Under the pieces are notes generated by a model that made no database searches, was not told the origin of the DNA, and saw only the letters and a program-made list of their open reading frames with translations. A stretch of 64,000 nt of DNA from a virus (taxonomy: Duplodnaviria > Caudoviricetes), in IMG/VR virus record IMGVR_UViG_3300044247_000057, positions 13,887 through 77,886 of that record. One strand, written 5' to 3'. A program made the translations under genes and the position numbers. This document shows positions 9,377 to 21,086 of this stretch, piece by piece; the first letter of the stretch is position 1, and each line of letters starts with the position of its first letter.

Positions 9377-10402
9377 ATGGGCGCGATCTGGACGAAGACC
9401 GAGGATGGCTGGAAGTCCACCATCCCCTACGGTCGCGCCACCGCAGGATGGCACAAGGCCATCAAGGGATACCGCAAGACAGCGGCCACGGTGTGGACCG
9501 ACCTGTTCACCACCGACTTCACCCCACCGGCAGTGCCCACCATCGTGAGCGTCACCGTGACAGCTGACCTGGACGTCAACCAGGGACGCCTGAGCATCAC
9601 CATCAAGGCCCCCACCACCTCCGACGTGGTGAGAGTCAGGGTGAAGGTCGGCAAGAGCATCTCCACCAACAACACCACCGACTCCAACTACGTGGCGGCA
9701 GTGGATGGCACGGGGCAGGAGTGGTCGGAGTGGGACATGGTCCCCAACCAGACCAAGACCAAGACCTGGCCCCTGGCAGGCAACCTCACCAACGGTGCGA
9801 CGTACTACGTGACGGCCTGGGCAGTGGACAGGACGAGGAACTACAGCACAGCTGTGAACAAGAGCGTGAAGTACGCGACCCCCAAGGCCATCACGGTCAA
9901 GGACATCAGCGCCACCATCATCCCCACCGACAGCCGCACCATCGCCAAGAGCAACAACGCCTGGACGACAGTGGACAAGTTCCTGCGTACGGGCAACGCC
10001 GCGAACTATCACGGTCTGTGGTTCTACAGCACCAGGATTCCCACCACATTGAAGGGTGCGCTGGGAATTGTCTCGTTGAACCTGCAGGTGCAGAGGTACC
10101 CCCAGGGCTCCTCAGGACCCACCAGATTCCACCTGTTCAGCCATAAGATGGAGAATCAAAGCAATATTTCGGTGTGGAGCCCAAGTCAGGTGGTGAACAC
10201 CCAGGGGGTGTGGCACGACATCCTGCCGAACCAGACGATCAGTGTCGAGATCCCCGAAACGTGGTACCCGTACATCCTCAACGGGACCATCAAGGGGTTC
10301 GGCATCTACACCGCTGCCAGCGCTCCCAACGACCAGTACAACCAGACGATCTATGGCTTCGGCACGTACTCGGGACGCCTCACTGCGGTGTACCGGAAGT
10401 GA
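9377..10402 (+). CDS. Minor tail protein (Fn3/Ig-like plus C-terminal head domain)
   Basis: AAGGAG RBS before ATG 9377; YYVTAWAVDRTRNYS Fn3-like strand; C-terminal GTIKGFGIY. Confidence 0.65.
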   Translation: MGAIWTKTEDGWKSTIPYGRATAGWHKAIKGYRKTAATVWTDLFTTDFTPPAVPTIVSVTVTADLDVNQGRLSITIKAPTTSDVVRVRVKVGKSISTNNTTDSNYVAAVDGTGQEWSEWDMVPNQTKTKTWPLAGNLTNGATYYVTAWAVDRTRNYSTAVNKSVKYATPKAITVKDISATIIPTDSRTIAKSNNAWTTVDKFLRTGNAANYHGLWFYSTRIPTTLKGALGIVSLNLQVQRYPQGSSGPTRFHLFSHKMENQSNISVWSPSQVVNTQGVWHDILPNQTISVEIPETWYPYILNGTIKGFGIYTAASAPNDQYNQTIYGFGTYSGRLTAVYRK

Positions 10403-10728
10403 TCGAGATCGAGGGTGACGTCTACGGGGACCTGGTGGACGTGTACTACATCCCCTCTGACCCGTACCTCTGGGGACCACCACCAGACCACGTGATCGTG
10501 GTGGCCAGCCCACTGCACGCCAACCTGACGCCCAGGGACGGCCATACGCACGTGCAGGTGAGCCTGCCCGACAACACCATGCTGACCACGCCCAGCACCA
10601 ACCAGTGGCACTGGATGGTCTATGAGGTGGGCAAGCACACGACGTACCACTGGTCGCTGGACTCAGAGCCCAAGGTCATCACCTACGCTGCCAGCAGGCC
10701 CAGGAGAGCGATGGAGGTACGGCCATGA
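10399..10728 (+). CDS. Hypothetical protein
   Basis: GTGA-coupled start at 10399; fills the gap before the large fibre gene. Confidence 0.55.
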   Translation: MIEIEGDVYGDLVDVYYIPSDPYLWGPPPDHVIVVASPLHANLTPRDGHTHVQVSLPDNTMLTTPSTNQWHWMVYEVGKHTTYHWSLDSEPKVITYAASRPRRAMEVRP

Positions 10729-13700
10729 GGCAGGTGACGCTCACAGGCACCTACCTGGAGCCCGATGGTGACTACGCCAACATCGAGGTGCGGTTCACCC
10801 CCACCTCCACGCTGAAGAACGTCACCGAGAACGTGGTGCTGCTGCAGCAGAGCGTGCTGGCACGTACCAATGGCAAGGGCCAGATCAGCGTCCAGCTGTA
10901 CCCCTGGCAGGACGGCATGGTGCCCAACGAGTTCCTCTACTTCGTGGAGGAGTTCAAGGGCACGCACCTGGTGAACGCCTGGTACCTGCGCCTTGATGCT
11001 GAGACCCCCGATGCCATCACCATGGGCAGCGTCTACCCCAACTCAGCCCCGGTAACCCAGGACGAGTACCCCACGCTGACCGAGGTACGGGCCATTGCGG
11101 CTGACCTGGACGGGGCGATCTACACCAAGGTCGAAGAGGTCGATGCACGGGTAGACGTGGTTGAAGCCACCATGCTGACCAAGGTAGGGACGCAGGAGCT
11201 GGGCATCACGGTGCCGACCATGGTGGGCGGCCAGATCGAGACCAAGTACATCCCTACCCTGCAGTTGGCGAGAAGCTTCGCAGCAGCGAGCCAAGAGGAG
11301 ATGCTGGCGAGGTTCGACCAGCCCCTGGGCACGATCTGCCGACGTACTGACCTCGGTGTGAGCTTCATGATGGAGGGGACGGACAGCACCAACCTCGCCT
11401 CATGGGTGCAGATCTCAGACAACTTCTCTGTGACCAGCGTGCAGGGCAAGAGCGGCATGGTCACGCTGTCTCCCACAGACCTCGGGGCAGCCCCTGCAGA
11501 GCACCAGCACCTGTACCTGAGTGGCCAGGAGTACGTCGCCACCCTGATGCGCGGTGAGGACATCGAGGCCACGCGCTACCTGCGGGCCAAGAGCGGCAAT
11601 GGCAGGGTCGAGATCAACGACCAGACCATCCGCTGGTTCGACAGCTCAGGGGTCGTGGTCTTCGAGCTCAACCCCTATGTGCAGGCTCCCTGGGTCAACA
11701 CCGTGGTCAAGGCCATCAAGGTGAGTGACCACACCCTGCTGGCCAACGCAGGGGTGAGCGCAGCGGTACGCAGGGACAACGACAACGTCCTGGGCTTCCG
11801 GATGAGCGCCTACAACATCACGGTGCCCTGCTACTTCGTGTTCGAGGATGAGCAGCTGAGCGCTAGCCTCCTGCAGCCCATCGTGGGCACGTACGCGGTA
11901 CTGGACAACGCAGGGGTCACCAAGGCCACGGGAGTGGTCACCCAGAGCAACCACCAGATGCGGCCCATCAACTGGGTGCCGAGCGATCCCCTCCACACGC
12001 TGCATGTCAACGGCACCCTCTCAGGGCTGTACGTGACAGGGGATGGCGTAGTCCAGATCCCCATCGACCCTGCTGACTACAGCGCTGAGTACGCCCTCAA
12101 CATCGGCACAGTGGACTCAGCTGTCGTCCCTGCAGCGAGCATCACGGGCACCTACCCCGACCAGCACCTCAACCTGACCATCCCCTACGGACCTGTGGGC
12201 GCACAGGGGCCACAGGGAGACCAGGGCGTAGAAGGCCCTCAGGGTCTGCCTGGCAAGAGCGTGGACATCAACACGTCCGTGCCCACAGCAGCTGACCTGC
12301 CTGCCACTGCAGGGCACAACGAGGGCGTTCTCACCCAGAACGACGGCCATCTGCATGTGTGGGATGGCACGCAGTGGGTGGACGTAGGCCAGATCTCAGG
12401 GCCCATTGGACCTCAGGGGCCTATCGGCCCCCAGGGTGTAGTGGGACCTCAGGGCAACATCGGCCCCGTAGGTCCGCTCGGGCCCATCGGCCCTGTTGGT
12501 GTGCAGGGCCCTGTTGGTCCTCTCGGCCCTCCTGGGGTGAAGGGCGACACAGGTCTGCCTGGTCCTCCCCTGCCCACCAATGGCATCGACGGGGATGTGC
12601 TGACCAAGGGCTGGGTGCTGGCCAACACCAACCTGATGTCCTCTCCGGTGGACACAGCAGCCCAGGGAGCGACTGCATCCAGGTTCGGCCCCTATGACTC
12701 GCACGTAGCTGGCACCCTCACCACCAAGGTCAGCGGCACGCGCAATGGCCATCCTGTGGTGCGTTCACAGGCGGTGGGCACGGTATGGCCCACTCAGCCC
12801 AACATCCTCACCGCAGGGGTGAACGGCACCTTCGAGGGCGGGGTGACAACAGGCTGGTCACTGGCTGCCGGTGCTTCGGTCTCCGCAGACGCCACCATCA
12901 AGCGCTCGGGCTCACACAGCCTGAAGATGACCTACACCGCAGCTGCCTCAGGGCAGGGCGCTACAGCGAACAACGTCGGCCCTCTGGTGGTTGGCCAGGC
13001 GTACACCGTGAGCGGCTGGGTCTACGTCCCCTCTGCCTCGGCAGGGTGCCTTCCCCAGGTGCGGATGACGGGTGTCACTGGCGGCACGGTCTACAACCCG
13101 GTCTCTGCTCTGGACACCTGGACCTACTCGTCCTGGAGCTTCATCGCCACTGCCACGACGCACACGATCTTCATGGCTACCCACGGTCCGACCACAGATG
13201 GCATGGTCGCCTACTTCGACGACATCCAGGTGACCGGCCTCCAGAACCTGATCATCAACGGCAACAACGGCACCTTCGAGGGGCCTTCACCTACCAGTGG
13301 CTGGGCCGGTGGTGGCACTACGGCGTCCGCTGTGGCCGGTTCCACTGTCCAGGCTCACTCAGGTACAGGGTCGATGCGGGTCACCTGGCCTGCTGCGGCC
13401 AGCGGTGGGTCCAACGCAGGGTTCACCATGACAGGCCTGGTCGTAGGTCAGCCGTACACCACTGAGGCGTGGATCTACATCCCCACGGGCGGGCAGAACG
13501 CAGCAGTGGCCATGGGATCGAACCTGGGCAACGTCGTCACCCAGAGAGACCAGTGGGTTCTGTCCACGGTGACAGCGGCGGCTACGTCCACCTCTCACTC
13601 CGTGGTGGTGATGAACTCGGGGGCTACGACAGCTGGTCAGCTCTGCTACGTCGATGACGTGCGGTTCATCAAGGCCAACGTCAGTGCGTACAACGGGATC

Positions 13701-16700
13701 AACACGAACGCCTTCTACAACCCCCTGGCGATCCCCGCAGGCACCACTGTCGTCGTCTCCGCCTGGATCTATCACTCCACCGACTCCCTCGGTGTCACCG
13801 GGGTGCGTTTGCTCTGCAGGGACGACACGAACAACGACAGCTATGCGGCGACCTTCGATGCTGCAACCCCTGCCAACACGTCCTCAGCCCCTCTGGGTGT
13901 CTGGACACGCCTTGCATGGCGGGTCACTGTCAACCCAGGTCGCACGGTCAACCACCTCTACATCATTCCGCTCTCGTCGTCCTGGCAGCCTGCTGGCTCC
14001 TACATGGACACCACTGAGTGGATGGTGGAGAAGGACGGGTCACTGACTCAGGACTACTTCGACGGGGACACGGGCACTGCGCTCACTCACCGCTGGACAG
14101 GGACAGTCCACGGCTCCGCCTCGGAGCAGGTCAACGCCTCAGGCACCGTGACCCGGACCAACATTGCGATCAACCCCATCGCAGACACCGTGAACACCAC
14201 CACCCCCTGGGGTGCGGCACGGGCCAATGTCGTCATGGATACCGGCTTCCTGCGCATGACGGTCACCGACGCTGCTATCTCACCGTTGGCTCAGCGGCTC
14301 GTCAGTCCCACGAGCCAGGTCAGTGTGTACCGGATCCTCTGCATCCCGGGTGAGACGGTGCACCTGTCCGCTCAGGTCCGCAGCAGCGCGTCGTTTCCGA
14401 TGGGGCTGTGCATCCAGTTCCAGGACGCAGCAGGGAACATCACGCTGAACACGAACGGTCCAGCGGGAACCTCCAACCCGACCTCCTGGACCACGCTGCC
14501 AGACTTCGCGCTGACGGCACCTGCCAACACGGCCTTCTGCTCGGTGCAGGTCGGTATCGCTGGCAATGGTCCACGTGCTATCAACGACACCTTCGATGTC
14601 CGGCACGTGATGGTCTCCAAGGGCAGCGAGGTCTACACCTACTTCGACGGCAACACCCTTGGAGTGTCCGCCCCTGGGGCTGCGGTCACCCATCGTTGGA
14701 CGGGCACCCTCAACGCCTCCATCTCCGAGCAGGTGGCCTCGGGCAACATCGTGGTGCGCAGGAACCTCGCCCTGAACCCCAACATCGAGACCAACGCCAG
14801 TAACTGGGGTAGCAACAACGGTGCGCAGTGGGACGCTGTCCGGGACACCACTGCGCCCATCAAGGGCACAGGGTCGCTGATGACCACTCGGCTGTCGGGG
14901 ATTCTCGACTACAACGCAGGGTCGGTCTCCAACTTCCCCGTCGCCACAGCGCTGCCCAGCACGACCTACACCCTCGGTGTCACCGTCAAGGCTCAGCTGG
15001 CAGGACGCAAGGTCCAGATCAACTCCGTCTGGAGGGACGCCGCAGGGGCGGTGATCAGTAGTGGCGTCTCCTCTGCTCTCGCCCTGCCGACGAACACCCC
15101 AGTGCGTCACACAACTCAGTTGGTCAGCCCTCCGAACGCAGCCCAGTTCCAGATGAGCGTTGATGTGCTGACGGTGAGCGGTGGCAACTCCACGCTGGGG
15201 GAGAAAGTCTGGTTCGACGAGTTCACGCAGGAGCAGGGGGCCACGGATGGCTCGTACTTCGATGGCTCTACCCCGGATCGCAACGCCACTGCCCTCGACT
15301 ACTACGAGTGGGAGAGCAACGCCAGGGCCTCTACCTCCAACCACTACAACTTCGCTGCTGCCTGGGAGCCCGTGCAGACGACCATCCCGTACCTGCCTAT
15401 CGCTGGCGGCACGCTCACGGGTGACCTGTCCCTGACCGGAGATCCCACCCAGCCCAAGCACGCGGCCACCAAGAGCTACGTGGACGCCCATGGGGCAGTG
15501 CTGGATGACGGTGCCACCATCACTGACGCGGCCAACGGAGAGCTGCTGATCAAGCCCAAGCAGGGCGGTTGGATCAGCATGGGTGGGGTGCCGGTGGGGT
15601 CGGTCTACACCCCGTCCAACCCCCAGGACGCCGCCAACAAGGAGTACGTGGACGGCAGGACCACGCCTTCGGGCATCTGGGGCACAGCGCCACTGGACTC
15701 AGCCACCTACGGCACCAATGACCTGGCCGGTGCTGAGGTCTACATCGACACGGCGGGTAAGCTCCGGGCCCACCCGCAGCAGCTGAGTGAGTCGGCGGGC
15801 AAGTACCCGGTGACCGCACTGCCTCCCGTCTACCCGACCGGCACGACGGTCTACTACGTCGCCTCTGCCAATGGTGCGGCGTGGCCCACCACTCGCTCCT
15901 GCATCGTGACGACCATCAAGGCCAGCAACGGGGCGGCCATGCAGTGGTGCGCCGAGCCTGGCACCGCAGTCTCGAAGGTGTGGTTCCGCAACGGACAGTC
16001 GGCTGCCTGGGGTCCGTGGCAGGAGATGGGAGGAAGCTCAGGTACCTGGGGCACCAACCCCCTGGACACCACCCGCGTGGGCACGGACCCCCTCTCAGGG
16101 ACACCTGTCTACGTCGACTCGGCAGGCAAGCTCAGAGCCGCCGTGCAGAACTTCTCGACCGCACAGAAGGCCCGTGCTCAGGCTGATCTCCCGGGCACCT
16201 ACCCGCTGGGTGTGTCCACCACCCAGATGACCGCAGCCCAGTCCACAGCAGGTGGCTGGACCCCCACGGGGGCGACAGGTGTGTCGGGCACGTTGTTCAC
16301 CATCAGGCGGGCTAACGAGCCCGATGCTGACGCCACTGTCACCCAGTACTTCTTCGTCACCTCCAGCGCCGCCCCGAGGGCCTACTACCGCTCTGGCTCG
16401 GGCACGGGAGCAGCGAACCAATGGTCGGCCTGGGTGATTGCTGTCCCGGAGGACACCGGCTGGATCGACGCCTCCATGGACACCGACTGGAGCAACTATG
16501 GCTCTGGCTACGCCAACGTGGGCTACCGCAGGATCGGCAACAGGGTCACTCTGCGAGGGTTGGCCAGGACCGCTGTTGTCAGGACCACCACGTCCACCAT
16601 CTTCACCCTGCCGGTGGGGTACCGAACGACCACCTTGACCATCTTCAACGCGCTCGCCAGCGGCAGCATCGTCTCTGGTGCCGCCTCCACAGGCACCGCT

Positions 16701-16847
16701 CACACCCACACGGCGTCCTACCAGCTGCCGATGCGGCTCGATGTTCTCAACACCACGGGTGCGGTGACGGCTAACGCCCAGGGCGGGTGGAGCCTGGGCG
16801 TCAGCGGCTACATCTCGCTCGAAGGCATCTCGTTCCTCATCGACTAG
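10725..16847 (+). CDS. Giant tail fibre / receptor-binding protein (2040 aa)
   Basis: N-terminal anchor, [11 protein letters not shown], collagen run, several CBM-like jelly-roll repeats (NGTFEG...GW; YFDG...HRWTG), two pyocin-knob-like repeats, DTGW...[14 protein letters not shown] end domain. Confidence 0.85.
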   Translation: MRQVTLTGTYLEPDGDYANIEVRFTPTSTLKNVTENVVLLQQSVLARTNGKGQISVQLYPWQDGMVPNEFLYFVEEFKGTHLVNAWYLRLDAETPDAITMGSVYPNSAPVTQDEYPTLTEVRAIAADLDGAIYTKVEEVDARVDVVEATMLTKVGTQELGITVPTMVGGQIETKYIPTLQLARSFAAASQEEMLARFDQPLGTICRRTDLGVSFMMEGTDSTNLASWVQISDNFSVTSVQGKSGMVTLSPTDLGAAPAEHQHLYLSGQEYVATLMRGEDIEATRYLRAKSGNGRVEINDQTIRWFDSSGVVVFELNPYVQAPWVNTVVKAIKVSDHTLLANAGVSAAVRRDNDNVLGFRMSAYNITVPCYFVFEDEQLSASLLQPIVGTYAVLDNAGVTKATGVVTQSNHQMRPINWVPSDPLHTLHVNGTLSGLYVTGDGVVQIPIDPADYSAEYALNIGTVDSAVVPAASITGTYPDQHLNLTIPYGPVGAQGPQGDQGVEGPQGLPGKSVDINTSVPTAADLPATAGHNEGVLTQNDGHLHVWDGTQWVDVGQISGPIGPQGPIGPQGVVGPQGNIGPVGPLGPIGPVGVQGPVGPLGPPGVKGDTGLPGPPLPTNGIDGDVLTKGWVLANTNLMSSPVDTAAQGATASRFGPYDSHVAGTLTTKVSGTRNGHPVVRSQAVGTVWPTQPNILTAGVNGTFEGGVTTGWSLAAGASVSADATIKRSGSHSLKMTYTAAASGQGATANNVGPLVVGQAYTVSGWVYVPSASAGCLPQVRMTGVTGGTVYNPVSALDTWTYSSWSFIATATTHTIFMATHGPTTDGMVAYFDDIQVTGLQNLIINGNNGTFEGPSPTSGWAGGGTTASAVAGSTVQAHSGTGSMRVTWPAAASGGSNAGFTMTGLVVGQPYTTEAWIYIPTGGQNAAVAMGSNLGNVVTQRDQWVLSTVTAAATSTSHSVVVMNSGATTAGQLCYVDDVRFIKANVSAYNGINTNAFYNPLAIPAGTTVVVSAWIYHSTDSLGVTGVRLLCRDDTNNDSYAATFDAATPANTSSAPLGVWTRLAWRVTVNPGRTVNHLYIIPLSSSWQPAGSYMDTTEWMVEKDGSLTQDYFDGDTGTALTHRWTGTVHGSASEQVNASGTVTRTNIAINPIADTVNTTTPWGAARANVVMDTGFLRMTVTDAAISPLAQRLVSPTSQVSVYRILCIPGETVHLSAQVRSSASFPMGLCIQFQDAAGNITLNTNGPAGTSNPTSWTTLPDFALTAPANTAFCSVQVGIAGNGPRAINDTFDVRHVMVSKGSEVYTYFDGNTLGVSAPGAAVTHRWTGTLNASISEQVASGNIVVRRNLALNPNIETNASNWGSNNGAQWDAVRDTTAPIKGTGSLMTTRLSGILDYNAGSVSNFPVATALPSTTYTLGVTVKAQLAGRKVQINSVWRDAAGAVISSGVSSALALPTNTPVRHTTQLVSPPNAAQFQMSVDVLTVSGGNSTLGEKVWFDEFTQEQGATDGSYFDGSTPDRNATALDYYEWESNARASTSNHYNFAAAWEPVQTTIPYLPIAGGTLTGDLSLTGDPTQPKHAATKSYVDAHGAVLDDGATITDAANGELLIKPKQGGWISMGGVPVGSVYTPSNPQDAANKEYVDGRTTPSGIWGTAPLDSATYGTNDLAGAEVYIDTAGKLRAHPQQLSESAGKYPVTALPPVYPTGTTVYYVASANGAAWPTTRSCIVTTIKASNGAAMQWCAEPGTAVSKVWFRNGQSAAWGPWQEMGGSSGTWGTNPLDTTRVGTDPLSGTPVYVDSAGKLRAAVQNFSTAQKARAQADLPGTYPLGVSTTQMTAAQSTAGGWTPTGATGVSGTLFTIRRANEPDADATVTQYFFVTSSAAPRAYYRSGSGTGAANQWSAWVIAVPEDTGWIDASMDTDWSNYGSGYANVGYRRIGNRVTLRGLARTAVVRTTTSTIFTLPVGYRTTTLTIFNALASGSIVSGAASTGTAHTHTASYQLPMRLDVLNTTGAVTANAQGGWSLGVSGYISLEGISFLID

Positions 16848-16854
16848 GAGAGTC

Positions 16855-17130
16855 ATGGCTTACTCAGACGTCGCAGAGCTCAGTGGCGACAGCTTCTTCA
16901 TCAACCGGGTGGCAGCCTGCTACGCCATCGAGACCGGGGGTGACAAGCAGAACCCTCAGCAGTGGGCGATGGAGCACAACTGGGAGATGGCCGCTCAGCC
17001 GGGCTTCGGGGAGGCCTACACCTATGCAAAGGACACCGATGTGCCCGATCCTGGCAAGGACGTAGGCGTCATCACCGACAACCAGATCCTGGGTGCGGTG
17101 CAGAGCATCATCACCGAGGAGTCTTCATGA
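16855..17130 (+). CDS. Small fibre-associated protein
   Basis: FINRVAAC...AAQPGFGEAY...ITDNQILGAVQ; GGAG RBS; follows the fibre gene. Confidence 0.6.
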   Translation: MAYSDVAELSGDSFFINRVAACYAIETGGDKQNPQQWAMEHNWEMAAQPGFGEAYTYAKDTDVPDPGKDVGVITDNQILGAVQSIITEESS

Positions 17131-17213
17131 GCACACCAGGCTGGATGATCCCGGTCATCCTGATTCTCGTCGTTCTGCTGTTCGTCTTCGCTCTGGTTGG
17201 GCTGTTCAGCTAG
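17127..17213 (+). CDS. 28-aa single-pass membrane peptide
   Basis: MSTPGWMIPVILILVVLLFVFALVGLFS*; ATGA overlap; GAGGAG upstream. Confidence 0.55.
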   Translation: MSTPGWMIPVILILVVLLFVFALVGLFS

Positions 17214-17216
17214 GTC

Positions 17217-18728
17217 ATGAGCTTCCGGCTGGACCGCCCTCCCAGGAACAACGACGAGCTCTACGACCTCGTCAAGGTGCTCTGGAACATCACCATCCCC
17301 AGGTACAAGACCTGTGTCGAGCACAACGCCCCCTTCGACGCCTTCGCCACCGCCTTCTTCGCCCGCGAGCCCCAGGTGCTCGTACACGGCTCCCGAGGCC
17401 TCTCCGGCAAGTCCGTGATGATGTCTGTGCTCGGTCTGACCAACGCCGTGGTGTGGGGAAGCGACTGCAACATCCTGGGTGGGTCGCTGGCCCAATCCAA
17501 CAACGTGCTGGAGTCCATGCAGCGGGCCTGGGAGTACGAGTACGCGCCTCGCTACATGCTTGCCTCGGACCAACGCAATGAGCAGCGCTTGACGAACAAC
17601 GCCCGGATCAGGCCTCTGACGGCCTCCCAGAAGACGGTCCGTGGCCCTCACCCTGCGCGCCTGCTGCTGGACGAGATCGACGAGATGGACGCCAACATCC
17701 TGGCGGCGGCCATGGGCCAGCCGATGCCCCAACGCAACTGGATGGGGGTGGAGATACCCGCCCAGACCACGATGGTCTCCACCTGGCAGTACCCCGAGGG
17801 CACCATGACCGCCGAGATGAGGCGGTTCCGGGAGAACAACCTGCCTATCTACAGCTGGTGCTTCAAAGATACGGCCAACCCCTATGACGGCTGGCTGTCC
17901 CAGGAGACCATCGACCAGAAGAAGCGAGAGATCCCCCGCGAGATGTGGCGGGTGGAGTACGAGCTCGGTGAGCCCTCCATCGGTAACCGGGCCATCGACT
18001 CCGAGTGCGTCGAGGACATGTTCGACGTCGGAGCACCCAAGCCCCTGCGGTGGACCAGGGAGCACCAGGAGTACGAGATCCTGAAGCCTTCAGTGGTCCG
18101 CGAGTACGTGGTGGCAGCCGACTGGGCCAGGGACATGGACTGGACCGTGATCGGAGTATGGGATGTCACTGAGACGCCGATTCGACTGGCGTACTACGTG
18201 CGGCTGCAGCGGCGGCCCTATCCATTCATGGTGGGACTGTTCAACGCCCTGCAGAAGCGCTACCACGCCGAAGGGATCCATGATGCGACGGGTCTGGGAG
18301 GCGTTGTCTCCGACATGATCGACGGCAAGGCCCGCAACTTCCTGATGACTGGGCGCAACAGGGACGACATGCTCTCTGAGTTCGTTGCAGCGGTCGAGCA
18401 CAACCGCGTGCGGGCGAGCAGGATCGACAGCTTCTACACCGCTTGTAAGTACGTGAGCACCGACGATCTCTTCTCTCGGGCGAAGGAGTTTCACCTTCCT
18501 GACGAGGTCTGCTCGGCTGCGTTGGCCTGGAAGGCGGTCTCTCACCGCTTCCCCAACGTGATGCCCTACGTCGCGCCCAAGGCCCAGGTGAACTGGATGG
18601 GCGACGCGGTGAGCAACAACCGGGACTTCGCCAACGTGTCGATGACCCAGGGCACCCCCGACATGAAGCGGGGTCTGGACGGGGAAGTGGTGCGCAAGGA
18701 CGAGGATCAGGCCTTCAGCTTGTCGTAA
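17217..18728 (+). CDS. Terminase large subunit
   Basis: Walker A GSRGLSGKS, Walker B LLLDEIDE, VEYELGEP, nuclease AADWARDMDWTV...HDATGLG. Confidence 0.9.
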   Translation: MSFRLDRPPRNNDELYDLVKVLWNITIPRYKTCVEHNAPFDAFATAFFAREPQVLVHGSRGLSGKSVMMSVLGLTNAVVWGSDCNILGGSLAQSNNVLESMQRAWEYEYAPRYMLASDQRNEQRLTNNARIRPLTASQKTVRGPHPARLLLDEIDEMDANILAAAMGQPMPQRNWMGVEIPAQTTMVSTWQYPEGTMTAEMRRFRENNLPIYSWCFKDTANPYDGWLSQETIDQKKREIPREMWRVEYELGEPSIGNRAIDSECVEDMFDVGAPKPLRWTREHQEYEILKPSVVREYVVAADWARDMDWTVIGVWDVTETPIRLAYYVRLQRRPYPFMVGLFNALQKRYHAEGIHDATGLGGVVSDMIDGKARNFLMTGRNRDDMLSEFVAAVEHNRVRASRIDSFYTACKYVSTDDLFSRAKEFHLPDEVCSAALAWKAVSHRFPNVMPYVAPKAQVNWMGDAVSNNRDFANVSMTQGTPDMKRGLDGEVVRKDEDQAFSLS

Positions 18729-18749
18729 TTGCCCAGTCTGGGGATACGA
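18720..18749 (+). promoter_or_regulatory. Candidate SigA-type promoter
   Basis: TTGTCG-18 nt-TACGAT upstream of ATG 18786. Confidence 0.4.
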
Positions 18750-18785
18750 TGGCAGCATAGCCATCCTGCTCACCCTGGAGGGGAC

Positions 18786-19097
18786 ATGAAGACCCTCGCC
18801 TGTCCTGAGTGCCACGAGGTCATGCACCGCGTGGAGAAGGTCACCGCTCGCACCGAGCAAGCCGGGATCAGCCAGCTCTCCCGGCACTGCACCACCAACC
18901 ACGTGATCCCGGCTATGGAAGCCATGCTCGCCTGGGTAGCCAACCAGCACCTCACCCTGCAACAGGCCCTCGACTACACCCAGATCTCCTGCTACACGTG
19001 CGGGACGATGCTGCACTCCGACACCCACCTCTACGTCCGCAAACACACCCGCACCATCCAGGTCTGCTCCACCCGATGCCAGAGAGAGGCGAATTGA
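18786..19097 (+). CDS. Hypothetical Zn-finger protein
   Basis: CPECH, HCTTNH, CYTC, CSTRC; GGAGGG RBS. Confidence 0.6.
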   Translation: MKTLACPECHEVMHRVEKVTARTEQAGISQLSRHCTTNHVIPAMEAMLAWVANQHLTLQQALDYTQISCYTCGTMLHSDTHLYVRKHTRTIQVCSTRCQREAN

Positions 19098-19294
19098 TGC
19101 CACGTCCGCAGGTCACCTTTGCCATGACGTACTGGGAACAGGCCAAGGAGCAGGCGGGCAGATGGACGCTCTTCTTCGTCAAGGACCGGGAGGAGGCGGA
19201 CAAGATCGCCCGGTGGTTGCGCAGGCAGGAGTGCAAGGCCAAGTTCCTGGAGCTTGACGACAGGTATCTGCTGGCTGTGAAAGCCCCCGCGTGA
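19097..19294 (+). CDS. Hypothetical protein
   Basis: TGATG-coupled: MPRPQVTFAMTYWEQ... Confidence 0.5.
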   Translation: MPRPQVTFAMTYWEQAKEQAGRWTLFFVKDREEADKIARWLRRQECKAKFLELDDRYLLAVKAPA

Positions 19295-19590
19295 CCCCTC
19301 TGCAAAGGAGCTCCCTGATGAGCGCACCCCTGGTCGGTTACCTGAGTGACGGCACCGTGATCGTGATGGGGGTGGAGAACCCCGTGCTGGCCCGCAGCAT
19401 CCTCGTCGAGACGCTCGTGGAGCGTGAGGAGCTGGACAACTTCGGGGTCTGTACCGAGGGCGACAAGGGCGGCTTCTGCGACCTGAAGGACGACAGAGAC
19501 CTGTGCCAGGCCTGTATCGACTTCCTGGCCTCGGTCTACCTGGTCAAGGACTGTCAGCAGTACCCCGCATACCACTGGAAAGAGATGTGA
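19291..19590 (+). CDS. Hypothetical protein
   Basis: Coupled ORF in the small-gene block; start GTG 19291 or ATG 19318. Confidence 0.5.
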   Translation: MTPLQRSSLMSAPLVGYLSDGTVIVMGVENPVLARSILVETLVEREELDNFGVCTEGDKGGFCDLKDDRDLCQACIDFLASVYLVKDCQQYPAYHWKEM

Positions 19591-19863
19591 ATGTTCATCG
19601 AGATCGACGAGCAGACCAGCCTGAACGCTGACGTCCCCGTGCTCTACCTGGAGGACGTGATCGCCGAGACCAGCGACGGAGACCTGCCGGTCACCAAGAT
19701 CGTGTTCGCCATCCCCAACACCGAGCCCCTCTACTCCACGGTGCCCCGCAAGGAGCTGGCCGAGCTGCTGGGGATGGAGCGCTTCTCGATGCCTGAGGCC
19801 CTGCTCCAGCCTGACCCGGGCGAGTCCAGCGAGGACTATCTGAACCGAATCACCCCGCGATGA
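19591..19863 (+). CDS. Hypothetical protein
   Basis: Abuts both neighbours; ordinary phage codon use. Confidence 0.55.
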   Translation: MFIEIDEQTSLNADVPVLYLEDVIAETSDGDLPVTKIVFAIPNTEPLYSTVPRKELAELLGMERFSMPEALLQPDPGESSEDYLNRITPR

Positions 19864-20105
19864 GCGCTCCTACGCCCGAGACGGTGCAGCTCTGTGCCGT
19901 CTGTGCCCAGCCCTGGGAGCTGCACGTACGGCTGGCCTACTGGCGGCTCAGCATCAACGAGGACGACGAGATGCCCACTGAGGAGGAGGTGGAGGCGGCT
20001 ATCGGCTTCCTGGAGTGCATCCACCTGCTGAAGAACGCCAACAGGGGGCCTCAGGGCCCGCCTGGGCCTATCGGTATGAGCGGACCCCAGGGAGCCCCTG
20101 GATGA
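19860..20105 (+). CDS. Hypothetical protein: CxxC...H finger plus short collagen tail
   Basis: CAVCAQPWELH; ends GPQGPPGPIGMSGPQGAPG. Confidence 0.55.
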   Translation: MSAPTPETVQLCAVCAQPWELHVRLAYWRLSINEDDEMPTEEEVEAAIGFLECIHLLKNANRGPQGPPGPIGMSGPQGAPG

Positions 20106-20368
20106 ACCCCACGCTCGTCTTCTTCCTCATGCTGGTGGCCTTCGGGGCGGGCTTCGCCTTCTCCTGGTACGCCCAGTCCCGCAAGCTCAGCCAGCGCAAG
20201 ATCGACCCAGCTGACGACATCCCCGACTACGTGCCTCCCGCACTCCCGCGTGGGGAGGTCAACCCCCGTGTCATCCGCACCCTGCACGAGGACTGCATCT
20301 GCGGAGCCAAGCCCAACCAGTGGTGCTTCCACGGATGCGCCGCTCTCGACCCCTGGGACTACCGATGA
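20102..20368 (+). CDS. Membrane-anchored small protein with Cys motif
   Basis: MNPTLVFFLMLVAFGAGFAFSWY anchor; HEDCICG...WCFHGC. Confidence 0.55.
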   Translation: MNPTLVFFLMLVAFGAGFAFSWYAQSRKLSQRKIDPADDIPDYVPPALPRGEVNPRVIRTLHEDCICGAKPNQWCFHGCAALDPWDYR

Positions 20369-20775
20369 AGCTCGTCCTGGTCAGTGACGACGATGATGGA
20401 AACAGGTGGGCCAGGAAGACCGACCCCTGGACCTCCTGGGAGGCAGGTAAGGGCGGCTTCCCCAAGCTCAGAGACAGATGTCTGTTGTTCATCTGGCTCT
20501 ACCTGAAGGGTTCGTTCACCGCCGAGGACGTCTCCCGGCTGTGTGCTGACCCCGAGCTGATCCGCACCTTCCACGGCCCACCCCTGGGCAAGAGCCCCTG
20601 GCACCGGATCACCGACTGCCAGTACGAGAAGTGGGTGGACTGGGTCTACGACGACGAGGGTCGGATCGTGGAGCGGATGGAGGACTCGGGCCAGCCTCAG
20701 GGCCTGCGGCAGATCACCATGTACGGACGCCTGGTCGCGCACGGGATGTGGGCGAACCGGGAGGACAAGCGATGA
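20365..20775 (+). CDS. Hypothetical protein, possible winged-helix DNA binding
   Basis: ARKTDPWTSWEA motif, GSFTAEDV, SPWHRITD. Confidence 0.5.
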   Translation: MKLVLVSDDDDGNRWARKTDPWTSWEAGKGGFPKLRDRCLLFIWLYLKGSFTAEDVSRLCADPELIRTFHGPPLGKSPWHRITDCQYEKWVDWVYDDEGRIVERMEDSGQPQGLRQITMYGRLVAHGMWANREDKR

Positions 20776-21065
20776 GGTCGATGATCGAGATGGTCTTCTC
20801 GGAGGACCGCCGTGCGGTGTGCATCTACCAGGGCCTGCCGGACATGGGCCCTGAGCGACGTGAGGCATGGACGACCTGGCTGGACCGGCACGGTCTGGAC
20901 GCCGACATGGTTGTCCTGGGTACCGAGATCCGCTGTGACGACGAGGAGCGGCGGGTCTACTACACCGCGTATGACCGTGAGGCCGTTGACCTGGGTAGGA
21001 ACTCCATTGGTCGCGTGGACCGCTACGTCCAACTGGAGGCTCCCGCGCTGCCCTTTCCTTCGTGA
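20772..21065 (+). CDS. Hypothetical protein
   Basis: ATGA-coupled; AWTTWLDRHGLD...EAPALPFP. Confidence 0.5.
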   Translation: MRSMIEMVFSEDRRAVCIYQGLPDMGPERREAWTTWLDRHGLDADMVVLGTEIRCDDEERRVYYTAYDREAVDLGRNSIGRVDRYVQLEAPALPFPS

Positions 21066-21086
21066 CGCGCATGCGACCGTTGGGGT

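Noticed and set aside
14040-15360. Internal fibre repeats as a diversity-generating retroelement template/variable pair
   Set aside because: Similarity is at protein level with scattered synonymous changes, not adenine-specific. No reverse transcriptase is in the window.
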